A stretch of 64,000 nucleotides of DNA, taken from Octopus bimaculoides. Lineage: Eukaryota. The notes beneath the pieces were generated by a model, which was not told where the DNA came from, searched no databases, and saw only the letters and a program-made list of their open reading frames with translations. Below, in pieces: positions 24,003 to 37,255 of this stretch (positions are counted from its first letter, which is position 1; each line of letters starts with the position of its first letter). The DNA is taken from contig NC_068990.1 in NCBI RefSeq assembly GCF_001194135.2, forward strand, positions 78,015,583 to 78,079,582. The letters are read 5' to 3'. A program made the translations under genes and the position numbers.

Positions 24003-25239
24003 TATAGTGATATTATTATAAGACTGGCTCCCTTCATCAAGAGAAAATTAGCAAAAGCAGTTGATATTGTAGGGTGAGAGATTCAAAGGTTGAAGGGAGA
24101 GAGGAGGGGGAATAAGTGCAAAAAGTAGGGGTAGGAGGATATAAGCAGCGTATGAGGGAGGAACAGAAGAAATGCAAAGTAGGGAAAGGGAGGAGGATTT
24201 CTATAACGTAGAGAGAATAAACAGAGGTAGAATAGGTGAAACGGAGATATGCCACAGAATCTCCAAAACTAGAAACCATGGATTTAGTATCAAAGTCTAA
24301 TAAGATTATTTATGAATGCAATCATGCAATATCAGTATGTGTACTCACCATAAACCTTGAACTCATAAATATGTTCAACCTTACGTTATAACACATTTAG
24401 GGACACACACACAAACACACATAGATATATATAATATATACAACAGGCTTTCTTAAGTTTCTGGCTACCAAATCCACTCACGAGGCTTTAATAGAAGACA
24501 ATTACCCAAGGTCCTGTGCAATGGGGCTGAACCCAGAACCATGTGGTTGGGAAGCAAGCTAGCCAAGGGAACTTTTATGAAGTGATTCAAGAAAGCCGGA
24601 ATTAGTAAGGGTTAAAGATCAACTCCTTGCATGGATTATTATGTGTTACTGATGAGAGCTTCATATTTTAATCTCTGCTTCTGATATGATAGAGAAATAT
24701 TGTGGGAAGATTTTTACTGCAAGTCACATGAAGTTCATAGCAACATTGGTTCAGATTTTGAAGAAAATATATGATTGATCCTTAAGATGCTATATTTTGG
24801 AGAAATCAATAAAACAGATATTTATATGATTTCATTTTTTTAATGTATTTTGATTCAATTTTCTTTTTTTGCATAATTTAAATGTTTATATTTCTTCTTT
24901 TTTCAATTTTTACAATGAATGTGAGATTAAGAATAATATGTTAAACTTTAGAGTTCAAGGTTGTGTGTTAAATATTTACTTTTACAGCCATTGTTTTATG
25001 TTTCCAAGTAAGAAACTTAACTCTATTTTGCTTCAGTCTGACTGACTGACAAACAGGTTCCCCACCAACATCAAAGCTGAGTGTTCAGTTACAGATAGTA
25101 ACAGATAAATAACTCTAAAAATAATGGATTCAATAAAACCCAATCAAAAGTGGGTGTGAATTGTAGAAGAAAGGACACATAATTCTTTTAAGATTAATAT
25201 TTTGATTTTATTTAAACTCTAATGTACTCTATTTTTAAA

Positions 25240-25770
25240 GTAGATTAGACTAGAATTTTAAAAGATTTTCCTTTTGCTTTAAATTTTGAACTTTCAAATA
25301 TCATTTACATTGCCTTTTACTTTGCTTGAACATTATGTCAACAGTACTTACTTTGTATTTTAACTTGCTTTAAAATGTATTTCAATATACTTTGTATTAT
25401 ATTTTAATTTGCTTTAAATTGTATTTTAAATAATTTCAAATTGCATTTTAATTTACTTTAAATTATATTTCAATGTATGTTAAATTGTGTTTTGATTTAC
25501 TCAAAATTATATTTCATTGTTCTTTGAATTGTGTTTTCAGTTTCAGTTAACTTTTAATCGTCTTTCCATTTAGTTTAAATAAATTGCATTTTCATTTTTA
25601 ATTTCATTTAAACTGCATTTTAATTTAATTTGAATTGTATTTGAATTGAATTTATTTTATATTTAAATTTGCTAAAGTTTTCAATCTAATTTCAAAGTGC
25701 ATTTAATTTTAATTTTAATTTCAATTTTAATTATATTCCAATTCAGTTGAATTTATTATATTTTAATTTG
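25240..25770. repeat. Degenerate AT-rich minisatellite
   Basis: Recurrent ttttaatttgctttaaattgtatt-like units. Confidence 0.6.
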
Positions 25771-26999
25771 CTAATTTGCTTCTGTCATTCAGTTTTGTCT
25801 CTTTGTTTCCATCTTATGCGATTATTGTCATCACATTGCAAGGCTGTCTCTCTTCAGTCACACTTTGTGAAACATGGCCAACAGCAACAATGAGAATACA
25901 TGTCGTTCCCATCATTCACATTGGGATCATTTACTTACAATAATGACATGGCAGGAATACTTCAAAATATATCTGTGATGTATGCTCAACTATGATAGTC
26001 ATTCTGAGTAGGACTTTAAACTGAATCCAGTAGTGGAACCCTGGCTTGGGAGTTCCAGAGTTTTGAGAAGTGTGGAACCAGCCCTTAACCAGTCTTGTTT
26101 CAAGATCTGCTCTAACCTGAAGTAGTAAATTCTGCCAGGGTCCCAACTATGGGCTAATTTGCATATTATGGCTTATCTACCTATGCATGTGAAAAGCAAA
26201 TCTGGCAAACACTGTGGAAGAAACTTGCATGGTTCAATGGAAGGGAAGGTAGCTGCAGCAATGCATTGAGGAGTATTGAGAGCAAGATGAGACAAGTAAG
26301 GCATTTTGGTCTCATCTCCTGCATCAGTGTGGAGGTACTTGGCTTAGTGGTTAGGGTGTTGGACTCATGATCATAAGATTGTGGTTTCAGTTCCTGGACT
26401 GGGCAACGTGTTGTGTTCTTGAACAAAACACTTCATTTCACATTGCTCCAGTCCACTCAGCTGGCAAAAATGAGTAATCCTGCGATGAATTGGTGTTCCA
26501 TCCAGGTGGAGAATTCCTACACCATGAAACTGGGCAACTGGCCCTTATGAGCTGGCATGATTCAAGAATTTAACTTTTACCTGCATCTGTTTCTGCCCCA
26601 GTCATCTTGACCTAGTCTTTACTACTGGATTGAAGATGGTCACGGATAAGAGAGTGAGATCACTGCTGTGCAACTCTTCTTCATTATAAAGTTACTTTGC
26701 AAGTTATCAGTCCTTATCGCTCCAACAGACCAACATGGACTATAATGGCTCAGAACTATCAGAGGCAAGACTGAGACTTAATGTACTCACTACTCAGTGG
26801 TGTCACTGTTTGCAGTAAGAACAGCTGTACTTGTACATGATATCATTTTACAGCATGGTGGACTAGAACAGTATAAGTCTTAGCTATTGACACAGTTCAG
26901 TGCCAGTGACAGGACACAAGCCATTGAACATTCAGCCAGAGCTCAATGCTCTACTGACTTGGTCAGCTATAAGTCTAACCACACAGCTCTTTCTTTCAA

Positions 27000-27112
<113 letters not shown>

Positions 27113-30100
27113 ATTCTTCATTCTCTCTCCTTGTTACTTTTCTCACTCTCAAAAATATAGATAAGGTAAGCTTAAGGCTGCCTGTGTCTTTGAGGAAAAT
27201 ACTGTAATTCATTGGTATCGGCCTTCTTGATGTTATCATAGACGTTTGTTCGTTGATGGATGATACTTGAGTATTGAACAAAAAGGCCTTTCAGCAGAAT
27301 CTAGTTTTGACCCATTGCATTAAGCTCAAATATCTCCAAGTTTGCCTTTGATCTTTCTGGAAGTCAATGAAAATAAAGCACAGGGGTGAATTTATATTTT
27401 TATAAAGCACCCTGGATATGCATAAAATTATAACAGAAAACTATTATAAAAGTCTCTTATATAATAGTCTAAATCTTTGATATAAAAGATTAAGTTAGCT
27501 AAGGATTGTTGAAAGAAACATGAAATATGACCACATTATGATACAAATGTACGTTTCACCAATGAATAACACAGTTTCTTTTTTTCAAGAAACACGATGC
27601 AGTAACTGCAACAAGGCTCAGTGTCTGCTTTATTTCATCAAGATAATCTTCTTTATCAAAAATGAGTAACCCTGTGACGGACTGGTGTCCTGTCCAGGTG
27701 GGGAATTCATACAATATGAATCCAGGAAACTGGCCTTTATAAGTCAGTATGACTCAATAAGGTAAACTTTACCTTACTTTACCTGCATTATCACCCACTC
27801 TGTACCACAATAAAAAAAAAATAGGTAGATCTGATCAGCAACAATAATAATCTCTTGAGTCATGGTCCTTTACTAATTAGATGAAAGACTAACTAGATTA
27901 AAGAGATCCAATTCAATGACAACATCATGACACAATTTATCTCTCGATAAATGAAGACACAGTTGTCTTACTCAGAGAGTAACAGGATGGAGGTATTCCT
28001 CACAACTCCTACTGACCACCACCACTCAAAGTTGCACTGATAATAAATGTAGCTAAGTCTTTGGGTCTGCTACACTAAATCCAGCAATAAACCAACCAAC
28101 CGTAGCCATCATTTGCAATTGAGTTTCAGCTGGTAGCATGTATCATACTTTCACTAAATGATTTAGGTGTTTATGTAGTTGCAAGCAAGCATAGACACCT
28201 CTTATCCCTCCCAGCTTGGACCCAACATAACATCAAGGATGTGACAGATGGAACGATAGAGGGATTGAGAATTCTACCAGTAGTCAGGTGGTACTCAATT
28301 TCAGCTGAAGATATTAAAGTAATGTGAAATAAAGTACCTTGCTCAAGGACAAACAGTGCTGCCTGGTTCAGAAATTGAACCTATGGCCATAAGATCGTGA
28401 GTCCAAAACAGCAACAACTAGGCCATGCATTGTCACTGTAAACTATGTATAAATAATGATAATCAATGTCAGTTCTTTGTGTCTGAGGATCATGAAGAAG
28501 AGCAGCCACCTACAAATTTGAAGCTGCAACTGCCAGTACCATCCAGTACCTATGATTTTCATTACTTCCACATTGCTGCATGGATTTTCTTTGTCTGCAA
28601 TGAGCAGTTTTAAAGTGAGAGTCAGTCTGTGTGACCCAATCCTGTTCTTCAGGCTTGGAGGTCTGAGCACAGTGGATCAGAACGCTAAGACAGCTGACAG
28701 TTGTGGTGACCAGAAAGTTGTAGGTTTTACACTGGAGTGGCATTCTCTCAGGTGAATTACCCTACAGGGCTGGAACGCTTCACCCTACCCTGATAACTAT
28801 AAATGAGGAAATTGTCAGAACTGATGAAATGGGAGGAAGAATAGTCTCCACTATTGTATATCACATGGTCTTTCAACTTACTTGAAATGAGGTCTACATA
28901 CTCAGTGACCTCACTAGTGCTGGTTACATGTGAAAACACCCACTACATTTTATGAAGTGGTTGGCAAAGGGAAGGGTACCAAGCTGTGGAAACCATGCCA
29001 AAAGAAAAATAAAAGGAAAAATGAAACATATGAATGGAACGTGGTCCCTTACTCATGGAATAGGGCATTGATACTGAATAAGGACTCATACATGAAATAG
29101 CAACCTAAATCCATCAAATTACACTTTACTGTCCTTAAAAAAGGAAGGTTACATTACAAAATGTAGTTCTAGGTGTGGATGAGATAGCTGCAGCTGATTC
29201 AGTAAAATTTCATTCATAAGTCTACTTCATCAGGGTTGAACTGGAAGTTAAACCACAACAACAAGCATGACCACAACAACAATGGAGTCAAGCCAATGAA
29301 TAGACATCTACATGCAGATATTTGACCAGTAAGAATTAGCAACTATTTCTTCCTCAAAGTATACCCTACTACCTAAGTAAAGGATAGGGCAGACTGGATA
29401 CAGTATATCTGTTTATCACGTCACGTGACTGACCAGGCTATCAGATATTGTTACACATCACTGGTCACAATACCCTTTTGCATTGTTTTAGCCTTCAAAT
29501 GATGCCACCCCACTGGGTAGGTGAGCAGGCCAACAATCTCCCCTGGATGAAGATTGATGACTGGAGCAATGAGAAATGAAGTGTTTTACTCAAGAACAAA
29601 ACATGCCATCTAGTCAGGGAATTGAACCCACAACCTACTGATTGTGAGTGCAACAGCCTAACCACTTGGCTATGCACCCATCTGTTTATAGGGGAAATAA
29701 TTAAGATGGTTACAGCTGTAAGATCTTTGAGCTCGCATCAGCTTTGTCAAGGCTAGCTTAAGGCTAAACAACAAGAACAACAACAATCAGAGTAATGTAC
29801 AAAGATGAAAGATGCAAAGAGATGCCTCCTTCNNNNNNNNNNNNNNNNNNNNNNNNNNNNNNNNNNNNNNNNNNNNNNNNNNNNNNNNNNNNNNNNNNNN
29901 NNNNNNNNNNNNNNNNNNNNNNNNNNNNNNNNNNNNNNNNNNNNNNNNNNNNNNNNNNNNNNNNNNNNNNNNNNNNNNNNNNNNNNNNNNNNNNNNNNNN
30001 NNNNNNNNNNNNNNNNNNNNNNNNNNNNNNNNNNNNNNNNNNNNNNNNNNNNNNNNNNNNNNNNNNNNNNNNNNNNNNNNNNNNNNNNNNNNNNNNNNNN

Positions 30101-31162
30101 NNNNNNNNNNNNNNNNNNNNNNNNNNNNNNNNNNNNNNNNNNATATATATATATATATATATATATACACTCACACACACAAACATACACACCCATACAC
30201 TAACACTCACATATACACATGCACGCACGCACACACACACACACACACATATTGACAGATATGTGATAAGCTTTTTTTTTTTTTTTTTTATGCCTATTTC
30301 AAAACCCTTTTGCTCCTGCTAAATGCGCCTCTGCTGCCATAATACGCCAAGCTGAAAACCAACTGTTTCATGTCCTTTGTTTACAGAGTAGTGTTCAAAC
30401 CCCTAGCTTTCTCCTGAGATGATCAGTAAGTCTCTTTACATTTAAACGTTTGTAGCAAATACACCCAACCTCTTCCAACTGCCGCAGTGTGTGCGTTTGT
30501 AGATGTCATGTTTCTCCTCTCTCACCTTCTTCTTCTTATTCTTCTTCTCCGTCTTCTTCTTCTTCTTCTTCATCTTCTTCTTCTTTTTCTCCTTCGTTTT
30601 TTTTTTTTTTTTTGCTCTTCCTCCTTTTCCTCTTTCTTCTTCATCATCTTCTTACTTTTTTTCTTCGACTTTTAACTTTCTAACCACTGGCTTTCTCACT
30701 TTTGCTTTCCGTGTGTCCATATCAATTTGTATATTATATATTTACACACATACACACACATATAAATATGCTTGGTCACAGTCTAATGATTGAAACAAAT
30801 AAAAGAAAGACATATATATATGTATATNNNNNNNNNNNNNNNNNNNNNNNNNNNNNNNNNNNNNNNNNNNNNNNNNNNNNNNNNNNNNNNNNNNNNNNNN
30901 NNNNNNNNNNNNNNNNNNNNNNNNNNNNNNNNNNNNNNNNNNNNNNNNNNNNNNNNNNNNNNNNNNNNNNNNNNNNNNNNNNNNNNNNNNNNNNNNNNNN
31001 NNNNNNNNNNNNNNNNNNNNNNNNNNNNNNNNNNNNNNNNNNNNNTATATATATGTAGACACACACACATGTAAAATAAAACTAATAAATGTGTGCATGA
31101 ATATGTATGTATATATATATATATATATATACACTTTTTATTGAAGCTGTAAAATTACCACT

Positions 31163-31340
31163 TTACTCAGAGTTTCACATTCCCGTTCATCGAACGCAAG
31201 TGTCCAATGAACAGGAATGAGAAACTCCGAGTAACAGTTCTGAGATAATTTTGCAGCTTTAATAAAATTATATTACTCTACCTTTGGTATTTGAGTGCTG
31301 TTTTTTCCCACCTTGTTTTGCATTTATGTGTTCACCTGTG
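31163..31340. mobile_element. Penelope-like remnant beginning with a 33-bp-arm inverted repeat
   Basis: ttactcagagtttcacattcccgttcatcgaac / gtccaatgaacaggaatgagaaactccgagtaa. The flank 31260-31340 is homologous (inverted) to 7650-7740. Confidence 0.65.
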
Positions 31341-31429
31341 TGTGTGTGTGTGTGTGTATATATACACACACACACACACACAGATATCGAATATAATATA
31401 TATATATATATATATATATNNNNNNNNNN

Positions 31430-31460
<31 letters not shown>

Positions 31461-31480
31461 AGAATATATATATATTTTAA

Positions 31481-31549
<69 letters not shown>

Positions 31550-31680
31550 TTACACATAAATGAATATATATCAACGTTAATTTTTATGCATATATGTGTA
31601 TATATAGAGAGAGAAATAGGTGTAGACACATATATGTACACGCAAGATGTACACACATGCACGCATGCACATGCACGCAT

Positions 31681-31758
<78 letters not shown>

Positions 31759-31804
31759 TCATGCACATATATGTATGTGTGTGTGTGTTTGTCTGTGCAT
31801 GTGT

Positions 31805-33125
31805 GTGTATTGGAAATGTCATTATTGCATCTGCAAATACACTCACCGATTTTGCTTTTTGCTGATGTTTTTAAGTTATATTTTGCTTTTCCCAGAATAT
31901 TTTCTCTACACTATTCCTGTAGCCTTCTCAATAGGTTTAGATTTTTAAATTATTTAGATTTACTAACTGATTTTCCTCTTGTGTTATGTAGTTATATTTT
32001 ATATCTATGGCAAACCTGCGAGACGATGACTTAGGTATTATTTTGGTTGTGTAATTATATATTTTTTTGTACTTCACTATTTTTTATTGCGGCCAACATA
32101 TGAATACACGCACACACAATTGTGTGTGCGTGTGTGTGTGTGCAAGTGATGTGTGTGTTGTGGCAGACTTTAGTTAGTTTTAGTCTTATTAAATCCATAT
32201 TTTTGTGCTTCTGAGTTGATGGATTGTGGTGAAAGGAACATTGTTGAATCATTTATTCTTTCTGTTGAGTAAATATTGACGAGTGTCAGTAACTGCTTCC
32301 TGTATTTATGGAGCTTCTGTAATTTATCTCAATGTTGGTTCTTTTGGATTTATTGAAAGAATTTTTACTTCAACATTTTTTTTATTGATTAACTGAGTTT
32401 TTTGTACAGTAAGTTTTTGTTGAGTAAGGATATTTGCATCTTTTCATGCAGCGTTGGTATTCTGCATTCTTTTCACATATACTGCAGACCATTTCTCCTA
32501 TATATATTACCTTTCCATGCAGCTCAAATGGTAAACTACATTTGTAGTTTTGCAGTTTACTTGTGGGTTGATGGTGCATGCTGTACAGTTATATGTCCAG
32601 AAAATTCACCATATAGGAAAATCTGTCATAAGACAAATTTACCATATAGACAATTATATCAGCATCTTTTAAAATATAAAAAAAAAGAACGATGAAAGGT
32701 CTTATAAAAGCATCAAATATGCAAGTCTTTACTCACTGTCAAATATTTAAAAAATTGTGAGGAGGTCACTTAACATGAAATTCCTTATGATGAATTTTCC
32801 TACGGCAAAAATGGTTAAGACAAAATTTCCTATAACCATGCAGTTGCTATCAATGTGGGATTCGATACTTGAATGACTATGACTCTTATAGTAGTGACTT
32901 AATAGAATTACCTGGTTTGGTTTTAAGCTTTGTTTCATGTAGGGCGTTCTTAAAGAAAAACGAATTAGCGTATCTTAAATCATTTGAAAATCTAAATCCA
33001 TTGAAGAAGTGACAGGAATAATGTGACGGAAAACTTCTGGGAAAGAAATAAATATCATACATAAGCAAGAAACAACAACGGGTGAGTGTTTAGAGGCTTT
33101 GATAACATGACTCTTCCACAACAAG
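31805..33125. mobile_element. Old long-TIR DNA transposon remnant, possibly MULE
   Basis: About 190-bp diverged inverted arms (31805-31980 versus 32940-33125), internal ~15-bp repeats and frameshifted transposase-like peptides on the minus strand. Confidence 0.5.
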
Positions 33126-33164
33126 TGCACACACATACATGTGTGTGGTGTGTGTGTGTGTGTT

Positions 33165-33247
<83 letters not shown>

Positions 33248-33741
33248 AATAGCAGGCTGACTCAACTCAACATTACTTAAAGTTTCATGGGTGCAGAATG
33301 CAAACTGATGCATAACCTGTCACTACCAAACCATTTACTGCACCACATAGTGCATCAATAGCTGTCATCACTGAACTGTCAAATCAGACAGACCTCCAGC
33401 TACCTGACACCTCTATACCATATACTTTTACTCTGCCATGTGAAGCATATAATGCAATCAACTGTTGTTGCTCTCTCATATGAAAGTATCCATGTGATCC
33501 ATACTGACCAATGGAGACCAAAATATTCTCACCCAGAAGGTGTTTTTTTTTTTTAGAATTTCTTTTAAATTCTCTTTATTCTAACTCTGTACACCTGAGA
33601 ATGTAGAAGTGTTCTCAGGTGTACAGTGTTGGAAACCATAAGTAATGTAGAGCAGAGTCAATCTATTATTGAATACTTACAATTCCAACTAGATGTATTG
33701 AGTGCTATTTTCTTATGTTTGTTCACCTACTCCATACATAG

Positions 33742-33798
<57 letters not shown>

Positions 33799-33816
33799 TG
33801 CATATATATTCATGCA

Positions 33817-33848
<32 letters not shown>

Positions 33849-34109
33849 TATATNNNNNNNNNNATCATCATGAATTACCTGGTTTGGTTTTAAGCTTTGT
33901 TTCATGTAGGGCGTTCTTAAAGAAAAACGAATTAGCGTATCTTAAATCATTTGAAAATCTAAATCCATTGAAGAAGTGACAGGAACATGATGATGATGAT
34001 GATGATATTCACACCCATATATACATATGTATTATGCATATGATGTTCATATCTATATCAGTCTGTTTGTATGTGTGTATATATTTCTATGTTACTATGA
34101 TCTATATCA

Positions 34110-34162
<53 letters not shown>

Positions 34163-34631
34163 ACTGTCTATCTATCTATCTATCTATCTATTTGTTTATC
34201 TACCTGCTGTCTAGCTCTGTCTCTCTAATAACCTCTCTTCCCCTTTATCACACCCCCTCACATAGAGTTCACCTAAGAAGTATGATATGCTGTAGTAATA
34301 CTAGTATCAGTAGTACTAGTAGTAGTATTAGTAGAATTAGTTTCCCCAACCACCACTGTCACATTGTGAATAAAAGTATGTTTTGGTGATCAATAAGTTG
34401 AAAAACACCATTTTTGCTATTTACTTATCCGTACGAAACCACACCACGTTGTACTACCCCTTGTTACATCATGCAGTGCCACACCCATACTACCTCACAC
34501 TGCATGGAACAATGATGAAACCTGTACTCATTTTTGACATGCTAGAAATAGCAGCTAAATTTATTTCAAGTCACATCGCACTATCTTAGTACTTTGGAGA
34601 AAGCAATCCTTCATATTTCTTCCTTCTAAAG

Positions 34632-34906
34632 TAGTGGTTCTCATACAGGGTCCATATGACCTTTGGAGTGTGGTGGGAGGTCCATTTAGCCTTTGGAAGT
34701 CTGTTTAAGATTTTGTTGTTAAAATTAATGTGCAATAAATTGGTTATACTTCGACAATATGCAAAATATTTTAACTAATTTTTTTAATACAATTCCTAAT
34801 GATACTTAATTCTAAAAATATAAGATTTCCTAATGGCTAGGAGGATCTGCCCAAGTAAAATAAGAACCTAAGGGATCCATAGGCAAAAAATGGTCGAGAA
34901 CCACTC
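34632..34906. mobile_element. hAT-Charlie-like MITE with an 8-bp TSD
   Basis: TIRs tagtggttctc / gagaaccactc; flanks ttctaaag / ctctaaag (7/8). Confidence 0.8.
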
Positions 34907-35816
34907 CTCTAAAGAAAGATAGGAGGGTCACATGTGGAATGCCTATGATCAGGGTCATATTTGGAATGCTTATGATCAAAGAGATCCATAGACAAAAATT
35001 CGTTGAGAACCACTGCTCTATAGAAAGACAGGATGGTCACATGTGGAATGCTTATAACCATAAGCCTATGATCATCCATTAGAATTGACCTGATGCTAAA
35101 TAACAACATCAATGACAACACCAAGCTGCATACAAAAGCAATAAGGAAGCCTTTGCACTAATCAAGACAGACTGTAACCTGTGGAACTTCCTGAATGGTA
35201 TGCCTAATGAAAACTTATCTTGAATATTTTTTAGTGGTGGAGCCCACCTGGTGCTGAGTCATCTCTCATGTGGCCTGCGGTTCAAAAATGGTTACCTATA
35301 CCTGCTTTACAGAGACGCCCAATATGCTAGAAATAGCAACCAAATACTGCTCAAATTATAGCCTACTGTCTTAGATGAAAAAAAAGTATTTTTGATATGG
35401 TCGTGTGAAGACATTCCTATGAAAAATACAGGATGGTCATGGCCAGGAATTACTTTGATGACAAATCTGTCTGATCAGGCTTATGAAGAAATGCAATGAC
35501 CCTACACAACACAAACTAATAAGGGAGAGCCTCTATGTGGTTGCTGAACCTGCTAGAAATAGCAACCAATCTTTCTTTAGTCACATTGTAAAGTGAAAAC
35601 ATGAAATAATGTAGACCAGAGTACACAAATTCTATAAAAAAAAAGAAAAGAAAATGGGATGGTCACAGTTGGAATACTGCTGTTTATATGTCTGCTTGAT
35701 CAGTGATTCTTGAGACTAAACAGTAACAACACTTCAACATACCATATTACAAAACTGAACTTTTTTTATCACTACCTTTGTACTATTTTACTCTGTGTGT
35801 GGATATGTGTGTGTGC

Positions 35817-35818
<2 letters not shown>

Positions 35819-35879
<61 letters not shown>

Positions 35880-36010
35880 GGACAGACGGACGGACAGACG
35901 GACGGACAGACGGACGGACAGNNNNNNNNNNACAGACGGACGGACAGACAGACGGACAGACAGACGGACAGACACACGGACAGACAGGCGGACAGACAGA
36001 CGGACAGACA
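35819..36010. repeat. Compound (GACA)n/(GACG)n tetranucleotide repeat
   Basis: Directly visible, interrupted by a 10-N gap. Confidence 0.95.
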
Positions 36011-36399
36011 CAGTGAGTGTATGTGTGCATAATTGTATGTGCATATGAGGAATAAGATGTGTGTATGTGTGTGTGTGATTCTGTGGATGCAGTATGCCAG
36101 AATAGGTAAGAGATGGGCTTCTTAATAATGAGGCCCTGGATTTGACCCAGCCACCCACCCATTATCTCGTGTGCGACATCTTAGGCAAGTGTCTTTTACC
36201 ATAGCTTAAAGTTGATCCAAGACTTATAATTGAGAGTGGGTAACTGGAAACTAGAAAGAAACTTGGTGGATAGATTGAATCTGTAATTCAAAGATCCACG
36301 CTTATAATACAATGTCATTATTCTATTATTCTATTATCAGTTTTAGCCAGAGATAGTGGCCATCCTGGGTCACCACCATTAGCATGAATGCTTGTTGAT

Positions 36400-36960
36400 T
36401 TTAGACTGAATTTCTGCTCCATTCTCTGGAATAGGTCTTGCTGAAGTAATGAGATGAACAGAGCTGCCCTTCTTTACGTTTCTTGCTGTGATGTTGGTTT
36501 ATTTAGTATATTATTAGAGAAAAAATTTGTTCAATTGTTGTTTGAACACTTCCACATCTACTCCTCATAGATCTGTGAGGCCTTTTGGAAATGTGTTGAA
36601 AATCGTGGGTCTTTGAACCTTAAAAGGTGTTACAGTACTGGGTTCTTATTCTGGACAGAGATGGCAGAATCTTTAGCACTATACACTGGCATCCAGTCCA
36701 GTGATTGGTGAAGCTTTCAATCCCAAAGTTTGATGCTAAGGATTTTCATATCTGTGGAATACTCAGCTAATTCAATAAGCTGATAGTCCAGTTGATTGAG
36801 TAACTTGAGTACTCATCACCAAAGCCAGTAATAATCCATTTAATCTCATTGTATGTTTGTCCATTTTCGGTTTTAGTTTTTAAATTTCCTGCTAATGGAG
36901 AAAGAGCCAGTTTCTTCCTAGGAACAAGACTCTTCCATAAATTTGTGTTGTACAATTATC
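36400..36960 (-). mobile_element. Degenerate CR1/L2-like LINE 3' fragment
   Basis: Minus-strand peptides NLWKSLV and FKVQRPTIFNTFPKGLTDL*GVDVEVFKQQLNKF resemble LWKSLV...RGP.LFN.LPK.LRDL.GVDV.VFK..LD.F. Confidence 0.7.
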
Positions 36961-37059
36961 CTCTTCAATTTTTAATAACTTGAAGTCTTCCTGTAAAGAA
37001 GAAGCTGGTTTCTAACAAAAATACAAAGCTCTACCATTAGAATGTAGAGAACAAAAACA

Positions 37060-37255
37060 ATGTTACATTTTGAACATGAAAAAGTCTTTGCATATTTTTT
37101 AATGTCATGCTTACTGATTGTATTTGCAACATGCATGTTAGCTGATTGATTCCTTTTTCTGAAAACCCCAGCTTTTCCAGATTGTCACTTAAACATTTAC
37201 TTACAAAACCAAGTGCACCAATTATTATTGGCATAAATGTGAATTTTATAATCTG
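37060..37255 (-). mobile_element. 3' end of an RLE-type (R4/NeSL-like) non-LTR retrotransposon
   Basis: KFTFMPIIIGALGFVSKCLSDNLEKLGFSEKGINQLTCMLQIQSVS matches the P..IGALG.V...L...L..LG endonuclease terminus. Confidence 0.75.

Noticed and set aside
28653-28751. 99-nt AG...GT pseudo-exon
   Set aside because: Open only in phase 2; it hits a stop in the required phase 1, and the region looks like decayed TE sequence.
29205-29236. CUGAUGA...GAAA on the minus strand
   Set aside because: Stem II is not closed, there is no stem I, and it belongs to an unrelated repeat.
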